This document shows, in pieces, positions 1 through 8,567 of a DNA stretch of 28,819 nt. Under the pieces are notes generated by a model that was not told the origin of the DNA, made no database searches, and saw only the letters and a program-made list of their open reading frames with translations. The translations under genes were made by a program, and so were the position numbers. Numbering within the stretch: the first letter of the stretch is position 1; each line of letters starts with the position of its first letter. Source of the stretch: a virus (Duplodnaviria; Caudoviricetes); the IMG/VR virus record IMGVR_UViG_3300002091_000091, positions 1 through 28,819 of that record; one strand, given 5' to 3'.

Positions 1-94
1 TTTGATACCCAGTGACTGCTCCAAGAAGCGTAACAGAACCCGTACCAGTAGTGGTCGTGGTTTCTTGGACACGATCTGCTAAGACTAACGCCAT
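1..94 (-). CDS. 5' part of putative tail fibre/tail protein (runs off the window)
   Basis: ATG at 94 with a GGAG RBS; reads MALVLADRVQETTTTTGTGSVTLLGAVTGYQ, an N-terminus typical of phage tail-fibre-like proteins; follows the tail genes. Confidence 0.6.
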   Translation of the reverse strand, partial: MALVLADRVQETTTTTGTGSVTLLGAVTGYQ

Positions 95-106
95 GTTAGT
101 CTCCTA

Positions 107-700
107 TTAGCCTGCTGCGCTGAGCTGGTAAGTAACGTTGATCGTATCACCAGAAGTAACTGTTTTAGAACCAGCCGTAAATGCGCCAATACTAAACAAA
201 GTGCCTGTGGTGTTATCAATCGCTGTAGATCCACCTACGTTAATAAATGCACCATATACAGTTCCAGAGCCAGTCATGCTAAACACCACTGCAGCGCTGG
301 TTGACAGAACGGAAGGGTTAGCAGAAGTTGCGGTGGAGAAGGCTGGGGTCTTGCGAGTACCAGAGTAAGTAGGAGCATTAGTACCACCAACTTCATACCA
401 ACCAGCATGGGATGCTTGAGTGTCTGTGTAAGCTGGGGTAAACGTTGAAGAACCATTTGCGCCTCCTAGGCCCATAACGATGGCACCGCCACCTGTGTTT
501 GCAAAGTAAGAATCCATTAAGTTTTTACGACCAACGTTGGTAGTTAAGTTTTCAATAGTATCAGACCATTTCTCAATACCATTAGCATCAAAACAAGTAG
601 CTACGTACACGCCTTCAAGTCCAACAGTTTCAGTGGCACCGCCACCATAAGAAGCATTAGCCCCGAAGCTATCGCCCATTTTTGTAATTTCAGAACTCAT
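107..700 (-). CDS. putative virion/tail structural protein
   Basis: 197 aa, G/T/S/A-rich beta-type composition, GGAG RBS, located in the structural operon. Confidence 0.65.
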   Translation of the reverse strand: MSSEITKMGDSFGANASYGGGATETVGLEGVYVATCFDANGIEKWSDTIENLTTNVGRKNLMDSYFANTGGGAIVMGLGGANGSSTFTPAYTDTQASHAGWYEVGGTNAPTYSGTRKTPAFSTATSANPSVLSTSAAVVFSMTGSGTVYGAFINVGGSTAIDNTTGTLFSIGAFTAGSKTVTSGDTINVTYQLSAAG

Positions 701-708
701 AATTGCTC

Positions 709-1140
709 CTAGCTAATTCTAATAATGGCGTTAGTCGCCGTGGGTGTTGGGAAAGTTACAGTAAAAGTTGAGGTGGAAGTTTTATCCGCCCCAAAATCTA
801 AAACACAAACTGCTGCCCCAGTAGTGCTATTATAAACTAAAGCCCCTCTAGCCGTAAAGCTAGCGGGATTCCAAACTGCGTTGGCAAAAGAGATATATGC
901 AGTCGTAGTGCCAGTTTGATAAGTAGGGGTTTGGGAGATAATTAATACATTTCCGCCAGCTGTATATCCTGTACCTACAACTTCTCCAGTAGAAATATAC
1001 CCAGTAGTATCCGCATTTAATGTAGCATCAGCTGTGTAAAGCGCTATTTTATAGGTATACGGAGTACCAGTATTAAAGTTTTCTACCCCTTTAAGAAGGT
1101 TATCTTTAAATATAGTGCAGGCAGTTTGAGATATTGCCAT
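709..1140 (-). CDS. putative tail structural protein
   Basis: 143 aa with KIALYT, GTGYTAGG, ARGALVYN and LDFGADK motifs common in phage tail-associated proteins; start overlaps the upstream stop. Confidence 0.65.
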   Translation of the reverse strand: MAISQTACTIFKDNLLKGVENFNTGTPYTYKIALYTADATLNADTTGYISTGEVVGTGYTAGGNVLIISQTPTYQTGTTTAYISFANAVWNPASFTARGALVYNSTTGAAVCVLDFGADKTSTSTFTVTFPTPTATNAIIRIS

Positions 1141-2051
1141 TATGGATTAACCTTAATCTTTGCTTGGTTGTCTCTGTATGCGTCGCCACGTTCCAAACCA
1201 GTTCCTAAGCGGTTTAACTGGGCAACAGCTTCTTGATATTTTTGCTCATAATAGCCAACCAAATCAGCCTCACCCTTCATAAAGAGCATTGCTTCGCGCA
1301 TAGCGCCATAGAATAGGACAGGATCGTAGTTATCACCTAACCAACTTGTACCTGTAGCATTGGTAATAGTTCCTACTGTAATAGAAAAGCCGCTACCAGT
1401 AGGGCCAAGGGAAGCACAAGAAAGAACATCCCCCACGACATAAAAATTACCGCCAAACTTAAGGCTACAGGATGTAACGACGCCTCCTGCGATAACGATA
1501 TCAGCAGTTGCATTAGCACCGGAACCTCCAGTTAAGATTACATTTTGATATACACCATTGGTATATAGCGACCCACCGACCAAATTAATAAGATTAATAA
1601 CCTGACCTTGAACAATTGATGGTGGGTAGTAGAAATAGTGCATCTCTACTGTATAGTTTTGGTCTGGCGTGGGTCCTAGAATATAAGTCATCTCATTTAC
1701 ATTACTGTACTGAGAACCAAATAAAGCATAATATTGAGGCATACCAGTACTAGATGCTGAAGGAAAGGCTTCTCTAATAAAGTTAACGTCTTTATTTAAT
1801 AAGTAACTATAGTTGCCTGACGAATCTATAACTGCGACAGAATAGTTAGCTAACCAATCATTAGGCAATGCAACATATGGATTAGATGTAGTTAGCGTTC
1901 CTGTCACATTTTTACGCAACGAAGGTATTTGAACTGAGTTGTATATACGATCCTCAGCCTCCTGAATAAATACAGGAATAGACGCTACGAATAACTGTTC
2001 AGTATTCTCAGCGTAGGCTTGGATATTGTTATATAACTGTTCGTAGTTCAT
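1140..2051 (-). CDS. putative head-tail adaptor protein with internal Gly-rich insertion
   Basis: 303 aa; FIQEAEDRI, PTPDQNY and LFYGAMREA motifs of adaptor-like proteins; position in the structural module. Confidence 0.6.
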   Translation of the reverse strand: MNYEQLYNNIQAYAENTEQLFVASIPVFIQEAEDRIYNSVQIPSLRKNVTGTLTTSNPYVALPNDWLANYSVAVIDSSGNYSYLLNKDVNFIREAFPSASSTGMPQYYALFGSQYSNVNEMTYILGPTPDQNYTVEMHYFYYPPSIVQGQVINLINLVGGSLYTNGVYQNVILTGGSGANATADIVIAGGVVTSCSLKFGGNFYVVGDVLSCASLGPTGSGFSITVGTITNATGTSWLGDNYDPVLFYGAMREAMLFMKGEADLVGYYEQKYQEAVAQLNRLGTGLERGDAYRDNQAKIKVNP

Positions 2052-2065
2052 TAGGGTTTACCCTA

Positions 2066-2302
2066 TTAAGCCAATGGTCCGTAAGCCTTACGGCCTTTAG
2101 TTGCAGCACCATTTCCACGTGTTTCTACACCAACACGCTTTTGCTTGGAAACTGCATAGCTAACACCATTTGGAATCGGATCAGTTAAGTCAGCTTCTTT
2201 AGCTGATTTCTCCGTTGCATAAGTCTTAAAAGGGCTTTCTCCATCTTTTACGGATGTGCCATTCATTGCATAGACTTCTGCGGGTTTGTTATTTTTAGCC
2301 AT
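2066..2302 (-). CDS. small basic hypothetical virion-associated protein
   Basis: ATG at 2302 after a GAGG RBS; C-terminal TRGNGAATKG motif related to neighbouring basic proteins. Confidence 0.65.
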   Translation of the reverse strand: MAKNNKPAEVYAMNGTSVKDGESPFKTYATEKSAKEADLTDPIPNGVSYAVSKQKRVGVETRGNGAATKGRKAYGPLA

Positions 2303-2303
2303 A

Positions 2304-2495
2304 TTAACGACCTCTTTGGTTATTAGCACGAGCCATGTTACGGCCTACAGCTTTCATTGCATTACCTGATACGCTACGTGCGCCTTTGCTGCCCTTACCA
2401 TTTTCAATACCAATGGTCGGACCTGTATCACCTAGGTTTTTACCTTTGGTTCTACCGCTTTTAGTAACGCCATCTGCGCCTGATTTATATCCCAT
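2304..2495 (-). CDS. small basic hypothetical protein
   Basis: 63 aa, GGAG RBS; GRTKGKNLGDTGP is nearly identical to a segment of the 4773-5918 protein. Confidence 0.7.
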   Translation of the reverse strand: MGYKSGADGVTKSGRTKGKNLGDTGPTIGIENGKGSKGARSVSGNAMKAVGRNMARANNQRGR

Positions 2496-2505
2496 TTTGC
2501 TGCTC

Positions 2506-2895
2506 CTAAGTTGTTGTTACTGTTACTGTACCTATTGCTATTGTACTGATTAAATAGTTCGGTGTTAACACCGTATCAAAGAGACTAGCACCACCTACTG
2601 GTGCCCAACCCCACTGAATTACTCTGCTACCACCGCTTGCATACCCATTTACATCTAATCCCGATACCTCATAACTAATATCTTTCCGTGGCTCTCGTAC
2701 AGCTTGCGGGTCATTAACTGGGTACATACCTAGCTGTAACTGTGGTTGATCAGGATCCCAACACGTAGGGCAAACCTTAATCTGGAACAGCTTGGTCTTA
2801 ATAACCTCTTTTTTCAGTTCTTTTAGCTTGTAGCGCTGCCCACACCGATCACACTCGGCGATTGCATATTTACCCGATGCAAACTTTGATGGCAT
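2506..2895 (-). CDS. conserved phage protein with CxxC...CxxC zinc-binding motif
   Basis: CDRC and CPTC pairs followed by D..QPQL. Confidence 0.7.
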   Translation of the reverse strand: MPSKFASGKYAIAECDRCGQRYKLKELKKEVIKTKLFQIKVCPTCWDPDQPQLQLGMYPVNDPQAVREPRKDISYEVSGLDVNGYASGGSRVIQWGWAPVGGASLFDTVLTPNYLISTIAIGTVTVTTT

Positions 2896-2901
2896 GGCTA
2901 C

Positions 2902-3840
2902 TTAATAAAATAACTGACGTGGTACAAACCGAATAGAAGCTTTTTCTCTATCTTCTTCTGCGGCGTTCTTAAATTCTTCTTCATAGGCCATCTTTAACCC
3001 CATTACTCGCTGTGGGTCTACTTCTGGCTTTTTAACTGCAATCATATATGCTAGTCCAGCAACCATCGCTGGGATGAAACGAAACGGAATATCCTCGACA
3101 TTAATACCTCCGCCAGCATCTTGCATACGACGCAAACGCCAATAAATGAAAGTATAAGGGCCACCACCATCACCAGTAGGCCAAACGTTAATATTTGGAA
3201 GCTTCTGGACAATAATAGGAGAGTTATATGCATGAGAAACAGCAGTCGTATTGTTTTGGCCACGCCAGCAAGATAGAAGCTGGTTTCCTGAAACATTTTC
3301 ATAGGCAATAATTTCTGAACCAATCTGAATAAATCCAGTAGTTGCAAAACCTACAGTAGAACTTAATTGAATCGTAGTATCTGTAGCAGATATGCCGCCG
3401 TTACCATTAGACCCATTGCCAACCAAAGTAGCTGTTGTGGTATTAGACTGGCCTGTTTGCCGATCAATCCATACTTGAATAGGGCGTCCATTAGCGTTTT
3501 TGTTTGGTATTGTGGAGTATGTAGACTCAGAGATACGGGTTATATTAATATCAATTTGATTTGTACCTGTACCTGTGCGTACCACATGGTCAAGTAAGTC
3601 AATAGTATCTACAGGAAGTGGGTAGCTATTTTGCCCGGTATTAATAACAACTTGGCCTTGCTCAATAGTCCATAAGTTAATACCACGGTTTGCCCATTCA
3701 ATAGTAAGCAAGTTAAGGCTACGGCGGGCTGTTTTTAAATCATAACCCGAACGCATCTCAAGACCAGCACGTTCAAAAGCCTCCTCAACTATTTCAGTTA
3801 ATTGAAGATTGAATGTACTTACGCCTGAGGTATACGCCAT
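2902..3840 (-). CDS. putative head-tail connector/adaptor protein with inserted domain
   Basis: 312 aa; EEAFERAG, ARRSLNLL..EWANRG and DIPFRFIPAMVAGLAY motifs typical of podoviral adaptor/tubular proteins. Confidence 0.6.
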   Translation of the reverse strand: MAYTSGVSTFNLQLTEIVEEAFERAGLEMRSGYDLKTARRSLNLLTIEWANRGINLWTIEQGQVVINTGQNSYPLPVDTIDLLDHVVRTGTGTNQIDINITRISESTYSTIPNKNANGRPIQVWIDRQTGQSNTTTATLVGNGSNGNGGISATDTTIQLSSTVGFATTGFIQIGSEIIAYENVSGNQLLSCWRGQNNTTAVSHAYNSPIIVQKLPNINVWPTGDGGGPYTFIYWRLRRMQDAGGGINVEDIPFRFIPAMVAGLAYMIAVKKPEVDPQRVMGLKMAYEEEFKNAAEEDREKASIRFVPRQLFY

Positions 3841-4034
3841 TATTTAGCCTTTTTCTTTACAGTCTTTTTTACCGCAGGTTTAACTTTGCGGGTTGTGGCT
3901 TTGCGAACGTATTTACGTTTTGGTTTTGCCGGTTCTTCTATAGGGAAAGGCCAAGCTGTGGTTACTGCGTTATCAAAAGTAACTTCTTCTTTCGGCTTAC
4001 TAAATAAACCTAGAATCCAGTCAATAAGTTTCAT
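3840..4034 (-). CDS. small Lys-rich hypothetical protein
   Basis: 64 aa; WPFP motif then a histone-H1-like K/R-rich tail; translationally coupled at both ends. Confidence 0.65.
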   Translation of the reverse strand: MKLIDWILGLFSKPKEEVTFDNAVTTAWPFPIEEPAKPKRKYVRKATTRKVKPAVKKTVKKKAK

Positions 4035-4288
4035 TTCTTTACCTTTGCAGTTTTAGCAGATTTAATAAAGTCCTTTTTAGTAGGTGCACCCTTAGATCCA
4101 ACAGGACGCATCTTTTCACCAGAGCCAGCTGCAATACGTGCTTGCTTTTTATGAATGTTTTCGTATAAACCAACTTTACCGCCTTCTTTATACATCTCAA
4201 CATCTTGTGGCTTGTCCTTACGTTTGATAATTTTCTTACCAGGCATCTTGGAAGGATTTAAATCGCCCATACCACGAGAAGCTCTCAT
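4031..4288 (-). CDS. small basic hypothetical protein
   Basis: 85 aa; YKEGGKV linker followed by a GLYENIH...GSGEKMR...GAPT module. Confidence 0.7.
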   Translation of the reverse strand: MRASRGMGDLNPSKMPGKKIIKRKDKPQDVEMYKEGGKVGLYENIHKKQARIAAGSGEKMRPVGSKGAPTKKDFIKSAKTAKVKK

Positions 4289-4482
4289 TACTTAGCTTTC
4301 ATACGGCCACCGCCGCAAAAGCCTTTAACTACGTCGGAGTTCATAGGATGCCCAGCAGCATGTTTTTTAAATTCTTTAGCGTGGTGCATATGCCCACCAT
4401 CTTCATGCTGTGAGATAAAGTCATCATGGTGAACCATGTCTGGACCTACGATTGGCTCAATAGCCTCTTTTACCATTTTCAT
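4288..4482 (-). CDS. small His-rich hypothetical protein
   Basis: 64 aa with many His residues (HHDD, HMHH) and C-terminal FCGGGRM; GGAG RBS. Confidence 0.65.
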   Translation of the reverse strand: MKMVKEAIEPIVGPDMVHHDDFISQHEDGGHMHHAKEFKKHAAGHPMNSDVVKGFCGGGRMKAK

Positions 4483-4491
4483 ATAAGCTCC

Positions 4492-4770
4492 TTAAGCTCT
4501 TGTTTTACCACGAATTGCACAGCCATCAGCACGAGCTGAAGCCGAACTAACTTTGCCACCACGCTTCATGCCAGTGGGGTTTCCCATTTGATCTGCTGGC
4601 GCAGGGGCAGGAGCAGGCATAGCAGCTTCAGCTGCGGTAGGTGCCCCAATAGAACTTCTCATCCTATCCATAACTTCAGCGTCGTGAATAGCAGAAGCAA
4701 GGTCCTTTTCTTTTTTGACTTTGGCTTCTTTTTCCCGAATTTTCTTTAGTTCTTCTTTAGTAAAGGCCAT
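4492..4770 (-). CDS. small basic hypothetical protein
   Basis: 92 aa ending MKRGGKV...RADGCAIRGKTRA. Confidence 0.7.
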   Translation of the reverse strand: MAFTKEELKKIREKEAKVKKEKDLASAIHDAEVMDRMRSSIGAPTAAEAAMPAPAPAPADQMGNPTGMKRGGKVSSASARADGCAIRGKTRA

Positions 4771-4772
4771 GA

Positions 4773-5918
4773 TTAGCAGTACTTTCCTTTTGTGCGACCA
4801 CGTTGAGCAATGCCATCACCGCGACTTGGACCTACTTTACCACCTTTACGCATTGCATTACCAACTGAGTAGTCAGTACTGCTTGAACTAGATTTCTTTT
4901 TAGCAGGCATATTTTGTTCTGAGCGCTTAGGACCAACTTGTTCAAATCTAGCTAGTGGGTCAGAAGGCTTTTTAAACCCTAAACTACTTACGTCTGCCTT
5001 AGAGGGAGAAGCCTTAGTATTGCCGCCAGCAGCTGTAAAGGATTTAGGAGTTGAAGCGCCTTTAGCGGATATAACATCTTTAGCTTGCTGTACTGGAGTT
5101 GCTTTGGGCTCAGACTTAGGGGCTGCTTTAGGCTCAGACTTAGGTGCTGGTTTGGGGGCAGGGGCAGAAACTTTAGTTGTTGGTGCTGGAGTAGTATCGC
5201 TATCACCTTTAGACATAGCTGCCATAGCACGAGCACGGACGTCATCACCAATGCTCTTATTTTCACCTTGAGTAGTTTCTGTCTCAATATCACCGCCTTC
5301 ATCATAGCGTTTAACTTTACCACCTGTGCGCATCTTAACTGGACCTGTATCGCCAAAATTTTTACCTTTAGTGTGGCCTTTCTTTTGTACAGCAGATTCA
5401 CCAAACTTAGTAAGTTTATTTGAACCCTTTTCTACATCTTTAGACATAGAGCGTGGGCCCATTGTTTCACCACCACTGGCCATTTTTTTCATCGCCATTC
5501 CGCCTTTTTTAAGTTTGGATAAGTCAGTACCAGGACCGCTTTTATGCTCTTGTTTATCATGCATTTTAAATGCTTTTTTGACGATGGCTTTGTCTTGTTT
5601 AACATCCGCCTTCATGTCTTCTTTCATATCGCTCTTAGCCATACCGCCTTCTTTCTTACCAATATACTTATTTAAGTTAATGTTAGGTACTTCTTTCTTT
5701 TGCCCAAATACGCTACCAGCACGGGTTTCTTGCCTATTAACCATGCCTTTACCACCCTGAGTCTGACTAACTCCACCACCCATGCCAAACTTTTTGCCTT
5801 TATCCGCTGTAGAAAAATCCTTGCCAACTGATTGTGGTATACCAACTTTCTTAGCAAAAGCTGGGTTATGGGCTACAGCTTCCATAAGTCTATGTTGTTT
5901 TGCTGTTTTACTTGGCAT
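4773..5918 (-). CDS. Lys-rich low-complexity protein with repeated x-x-GG motifs (putative internal/core protein)
   Basis: likely start MPSK at 5918 (TAATG overlap with the upstream stop); about 8 GG motifs, PKSEPKA repeats, C-terminal RGDGIAQRGRTKG. Confidence 0.75.
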   Translation of the reverse strand: MPSKTAKQHRLMEAVAHNPAFAKKVGIPQSVGKDFSTADKGKKFGMGGGVSQTQGGKGMVNRQETRAGSVFGQKKEVPNINLNKYIGKKEGGMAKSDMKEDMKADVKQDKAIVKKAFKMHDKQEHKSGPGTDLSKLKKGGMAMKKMASGGETMGPRSMSKDVEKGSNKLTKFGESAVQKKGHTKGKNFGDTGPVKMRTGGKVKRYDEGGDIETETTQGENKSIGDDVRARAMAAMSKGDSDTTPAPTTKVSAPAPKPAPKSEPKAAPKSEPKATPVQQAKDVISAKGASTPKSFTAAGGNTKASPSKADVSSLGFKKPSDPLARFEQVGPKRSEQNMPAKKKSSSSSTDYSVGNAMRKGGKVGPSRGDGIAQRGRTKGKYC

Positions 5919-6169
5919 TAGTGACTCCACCAACCTTGAAATAAATTAGCAAAAATAGCTCCAATAAGAGCCGCTGCACCGCCAACACCTAGAAGCATTC
6001 TCCAACCACCATGAGCTTCTGTAAGTGTTTTTTGGATAGCTTGGATGGCTTCTTTAATTTCTTTCATTTCATTAACCATCTTATCCATATCTGCCTGTAA
6101 ATGCTCAATATCGTTCGCATGGGTGGCTAACTCTCTAGCCGTTGAAATTGGATCTATTTCGGCACTCAT
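5918..6169 (-). CDS. coiled-coil protein with C-terminal transmembrane helix (holin/XhlA-like candidate)
   Basis: heptad N-terminal half, then hydrophobic MLLGVGGAAALIGAIFANL. Confidence 0.55.
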   Translation of the reverse strand: MSAEIDPISTARELATHANDIEHLQADMDKMVNEMKEIKEAIQAIQKTLTEAHGGWRMLLGVGGAAALIGAIFANLFQGWWSH

Positions 6170-6424
6170 TTAACATTTCCACCGTTTTAAACTAGCTGCC
6201 TTACGTGTAGGCTTGCCGTTTTCATCTTTCATCGGTCCGGGCATACCAGACATTCTAGCGCAAAATGATTTTTTACGGGCGCCACCTTCGGGCTGCGGAG
6301 CCTTTAAGTTACTACCTGTAGCTGCATTATATTTTGCTCGGCCTTTTGCAGTAAGACCTGCCCCTTTTGAGACTGGAAGTTTCTCACCACGACCAACTGC
6401 AAGAGAAGGAGTCTTTTTAGCCAT
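6170..6424 (-). CDS. conserved small basic phage protein
   Basis: GLTAKGR, RKKSFCARM and terminal WKC motifs of a widespread phage family. Confidence 0.7.
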   Translation of the reverse strand: MAKKTPSLAVGRGEKLPVSKGAGLTAKGRAKYNAATGSNLKAPQPEGGARKKSFCARMSGMPGPMKDENGKPTRKAASLKRWKC

Positions 6425-6704
6425 AAGTAATAGCTAGTGAATTTAAAGTTGTACCAACTACATAAACACCAGTTTGGCAAACAATTCCTTCGCCAGGAAG
6501 TAGGACTTGAAATGGTTGTACGGCAGTAGCGTATTTAAACTGATACACAATGGGTCCAGTATTATCTGTGCCATCATAAATAGTAAATGTACCTGTTGTA
6601 CCGTTGCCTAAAAAGACAATAGATTTTATTCTAGTTCTTCCCGTATACAATTGCGCAGGAAAACTAGTCGCAGTTGCCGACTTTATGTCATATTGCATTG
6701 TCAT
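6417..6704 (-). CDS. putative small virion structural protein
   Basis: 95 aa beta-rich ORF with PGEGI motif and GGAG RBS. Confidence 0.65.
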   Translation of the reverse strand: MTMQYDIKSATATSFPAQLYTGRTRIKSIVFLGNGTTGTFTIYDGTDNTGPIVYQFKYATAVQPFQVLLPGEGIVCQTGVYVVGTTLNSLAITYG

Positions 6705-6724
6705 AATTAATCTCCTAAAGATTT

Positions 6725-6752
6725 AAAAAGGAGGCAGGGTTAACTACCCCCT
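6725..6752 (-). terminator. putative rho-independent terminator
   Basis: minus strand AGGGGGTAG-TTAACC-CTGCCTCCT-TTTT (stem includes G-U pairs) just after the 6763 stop. Confidence 0.55.
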
Positions 6753-6762
6753 AGTAGATTAA

Positions 6763-7464
6763 TTAATCGAAGTTACCATAAGGATAAGCAGTAGAAGAAC
6801 CAATATTTAGGTCTTGTTGTGCATATTTCAATGTAACAACAATTTGGCCAGAAGTAGGAGCAACTAAACTAGTATTAGTAATTTTCAAAGTTACTACAAC
6901 TTGACTAAACCATGTAGGTTGTGTGCCAGGTTGTAAGTTTTGTACGTCTTGCAATGAACCAAATGCGTAATCTAATTGAGTTCCGACAAATGTTGCTGTA
7001 CCACGAGTTGCTGTAGTAATAGCAGCCATAGTTGCGTAAACACCGGTAGATGTAGCAAAGTTATTAGAAACATATGGCTGGATTGAGTTAGCTGTAACTG
7101 TTCCATCAGTTGGCAATACACCAACATCAACAATAACGTCAGTAATATTTGAGCCTTGTGGGATTAAAAATACAGCGCCACGATAAATAGTTCCAGAAGT
7201 ATCCGCTGTAGGAGCTGAAGCTTTTGTAGGGCCGCTAGTACTATAAGCACCAGATTGTGGGGTATAAATAGTGGCGGAGTTATTAGGGATATTATTTGGT
7301 GTAACAAAAATTCCTGAACCACCACCATAATTAGTAGTATTTGGTGTGGTTACTGCAAAATCTAAAAATGCTTGTTGGGCTAACAAGACTGGGCCAACGT
7401 CACGTTGTGGGCCAAAACGATTATCTCCAGATAAAACTGGACCTTCAAATGTACTACGTCCCAT
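6763..7464 (-). CDS. putative virion structural (decoration-type) protein
   Basis: start MGRSTFEGPV at 7464 after AAGGAG; T/S/G-rich; follows the major capsid gene and has its own promoter. Confidence 0.65.
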   Translation of the reverse strand: MGRSTFEGPVLSGDNRFGPQRDVGPVLLAQQAFLDFAVTTPNTTNYGGGSGIFVTPNNIPNNSATIYTPQSGAYSTSGPTKASAPTADTSGTIYRGAVFLIPQGSNITDVIVDVGVLPTDGTVTANSIQPYVSNNFATSTGVYATMAAITTATRGTATFVGTQLDYAFGSLQDVQNLQPGTQPTWFSQVVVTLKITNTSLVAPTSGQIVVTLKYAQQDLNIGSSTAYPYGNFD

Positions 7465-7476
7465 AATGGACTCCTT

Positions 7477-7546
7477 ATGCAAAAGCGCTTATTTCAATCG
7501 TTGCATCGTCTGCTGGGGCAGTGGCGAAATAAGCAATCACCCAGAT
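7477..7546 (-). ncRNA. candidate structured cis-regulatory 5' leader (two hairpins with loop-loop pairing)
   Basis: CUGGG/CCCAG and AUGCAA/UUGCAU stems; loops GCUUAUUUC and GAAAUAAGC are perfectly complementary; lies between promoter and SD. Confidence 0.55.
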
Positions 7547-7552
7547 AGGTTA

Positions 7553-7581
7553 TTTATACTACTTTTTAAAGCTGTGTGCAA
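7553..7581 (-). promoter_or_regulatory. sigma70-type promoter
   Basis: TTGCAC-17 bp-TATAAA on the minus strand. Confidence 0.55.
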
Positions 7582-7592
7582 GTATTTAAAGG

Positions 7593-7618
7593 AAAAACCC
7601 CGCCTTTTGAGCGGGGTC
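7593..7618 (-). terminator. rho-independent terminator after the major capsid gene
   Basis: minus strand ACCCCGCT-CAAA-AGGCGGGGT hairpin region followed by a T run. Confidence 0.7.
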
Positions 7619-7650
7619 CAAACTTCTTTACGTTTGCGTAAAACTACGGA

Positions 7651-8553
7651 TTAATAAGAACCGTAGATACCTAGTGGGTCAGAGTAACCAAAGCTGTAAC
7701 GCTCACGAGACTTGTAGCGTACGTTTCCAGTATCAAAATCACCATCCATTGAATTTTGTAGCGGGGTACGCTCAAAATGCTTAAGACCGTTAGGTACATC
7801 AGTTGTCAAGAACCATGCATTGGTAGCAGTCAAGAAGTGGTTAATTGTGTAACCTTCTGGAATGGAACCATTGTTTTTAATAGCGTTGACGTCGTTATTG
7901 TTTGTACCAACACGGAGTTCTGTTTCGAGCAAACGAGTTGCAACGAATTGGAGTGCAGGTGGAACAACCAATTTACGTGGTTTTGCAGCGATCAAAAGGC
8001 CACGCTCATCAGTCCAAGCAGCAATTTGAATAACAGCATTTTCAAGTGCAGTTTCGTTCAAGTCAGCAGGGGTTGATGGAGTGTTACCGTTTGTACCGCC
8101 GTTTACCAATGGGTGAGCAGTGCTGAACAAAGTCTGGCCATCACCACCAACGAAGGCGGAGTTAAAACCATTATTTAATACAGCAGCAGCTTTAACCTGT
8201 TTGGTATAAGCCATAGCACGAGCTAGACCTTTGGTATAGCGAGCTGATAAAGAATCGTACAAGTTATCTTCGATTGCTTCTTCAGTTAAGCTAAAGCCAA
8301 GGGCAATAGTTTCGTGGTTGTAGCGAGCTGTCCAAGCTTCTTGCGCATTGTCATAAGCAATGGCAGAGCCTTCATTCTTAACCGGGGCGGCTGAGAATCC
8401 AGACAGTTTTGTTTCTTCTTCGAAAGAACGCTCAGAGGTCTCTGTTTCGTAGATCTCTTTGTGCTCTTCGCCATAGCGTGCATACTCTAAACCGAACAAT
8501 GCGTTCAATCCAGGAAGCAACTCTTTCAGTAGTTGTGCGCGTGAAATAGCCAT
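7651..8553 (-). CDS. major capsid protein (Mu gpT-like family)
   Basis: 300 aa; MAISRAQLLKELLPGLNALFGLEY N-terminus, EDNLY, LVVPPAL and RERYSFG motifs; follows the scaffold and precedes a terminator. Confidence 0.85.
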   Translation of the reverse strand: MAISRAQLLKELLPGLNALFGLEYARYGEEHKEIYETETSERSFEEETKLSGFSAAPVKNEGSAIAYDNAQEAWTARYNHETIALGFSLTEEAIEDNLYDSLSARYTKGLARAMAYTKQVKAAAVLNNGFNSAFVGGDGQTLFSTAHPLVNGGTNGNTPSTPADLNETALENAVIQIAAWTDERGLLIAAKPRKLVVPPALQFVATRLLETELRVGTNNNDVNAIKNNGSIPEGYTINHFLTATNAWFLTTDVPNGLKHFERTPLQNSMDGDFDTGNVRYKSRERYSFGYSDPLGIYGSY

Positions 8554-8567
8554 TTATAGCTCCTTAA

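Noticed and set aside
5100-5170. Short direct repeat GGCTCAGACTTAGG
   Set aside because: Encodes the PKSEPKA low-complexity peptide repeat; not a copy of the palindromic site
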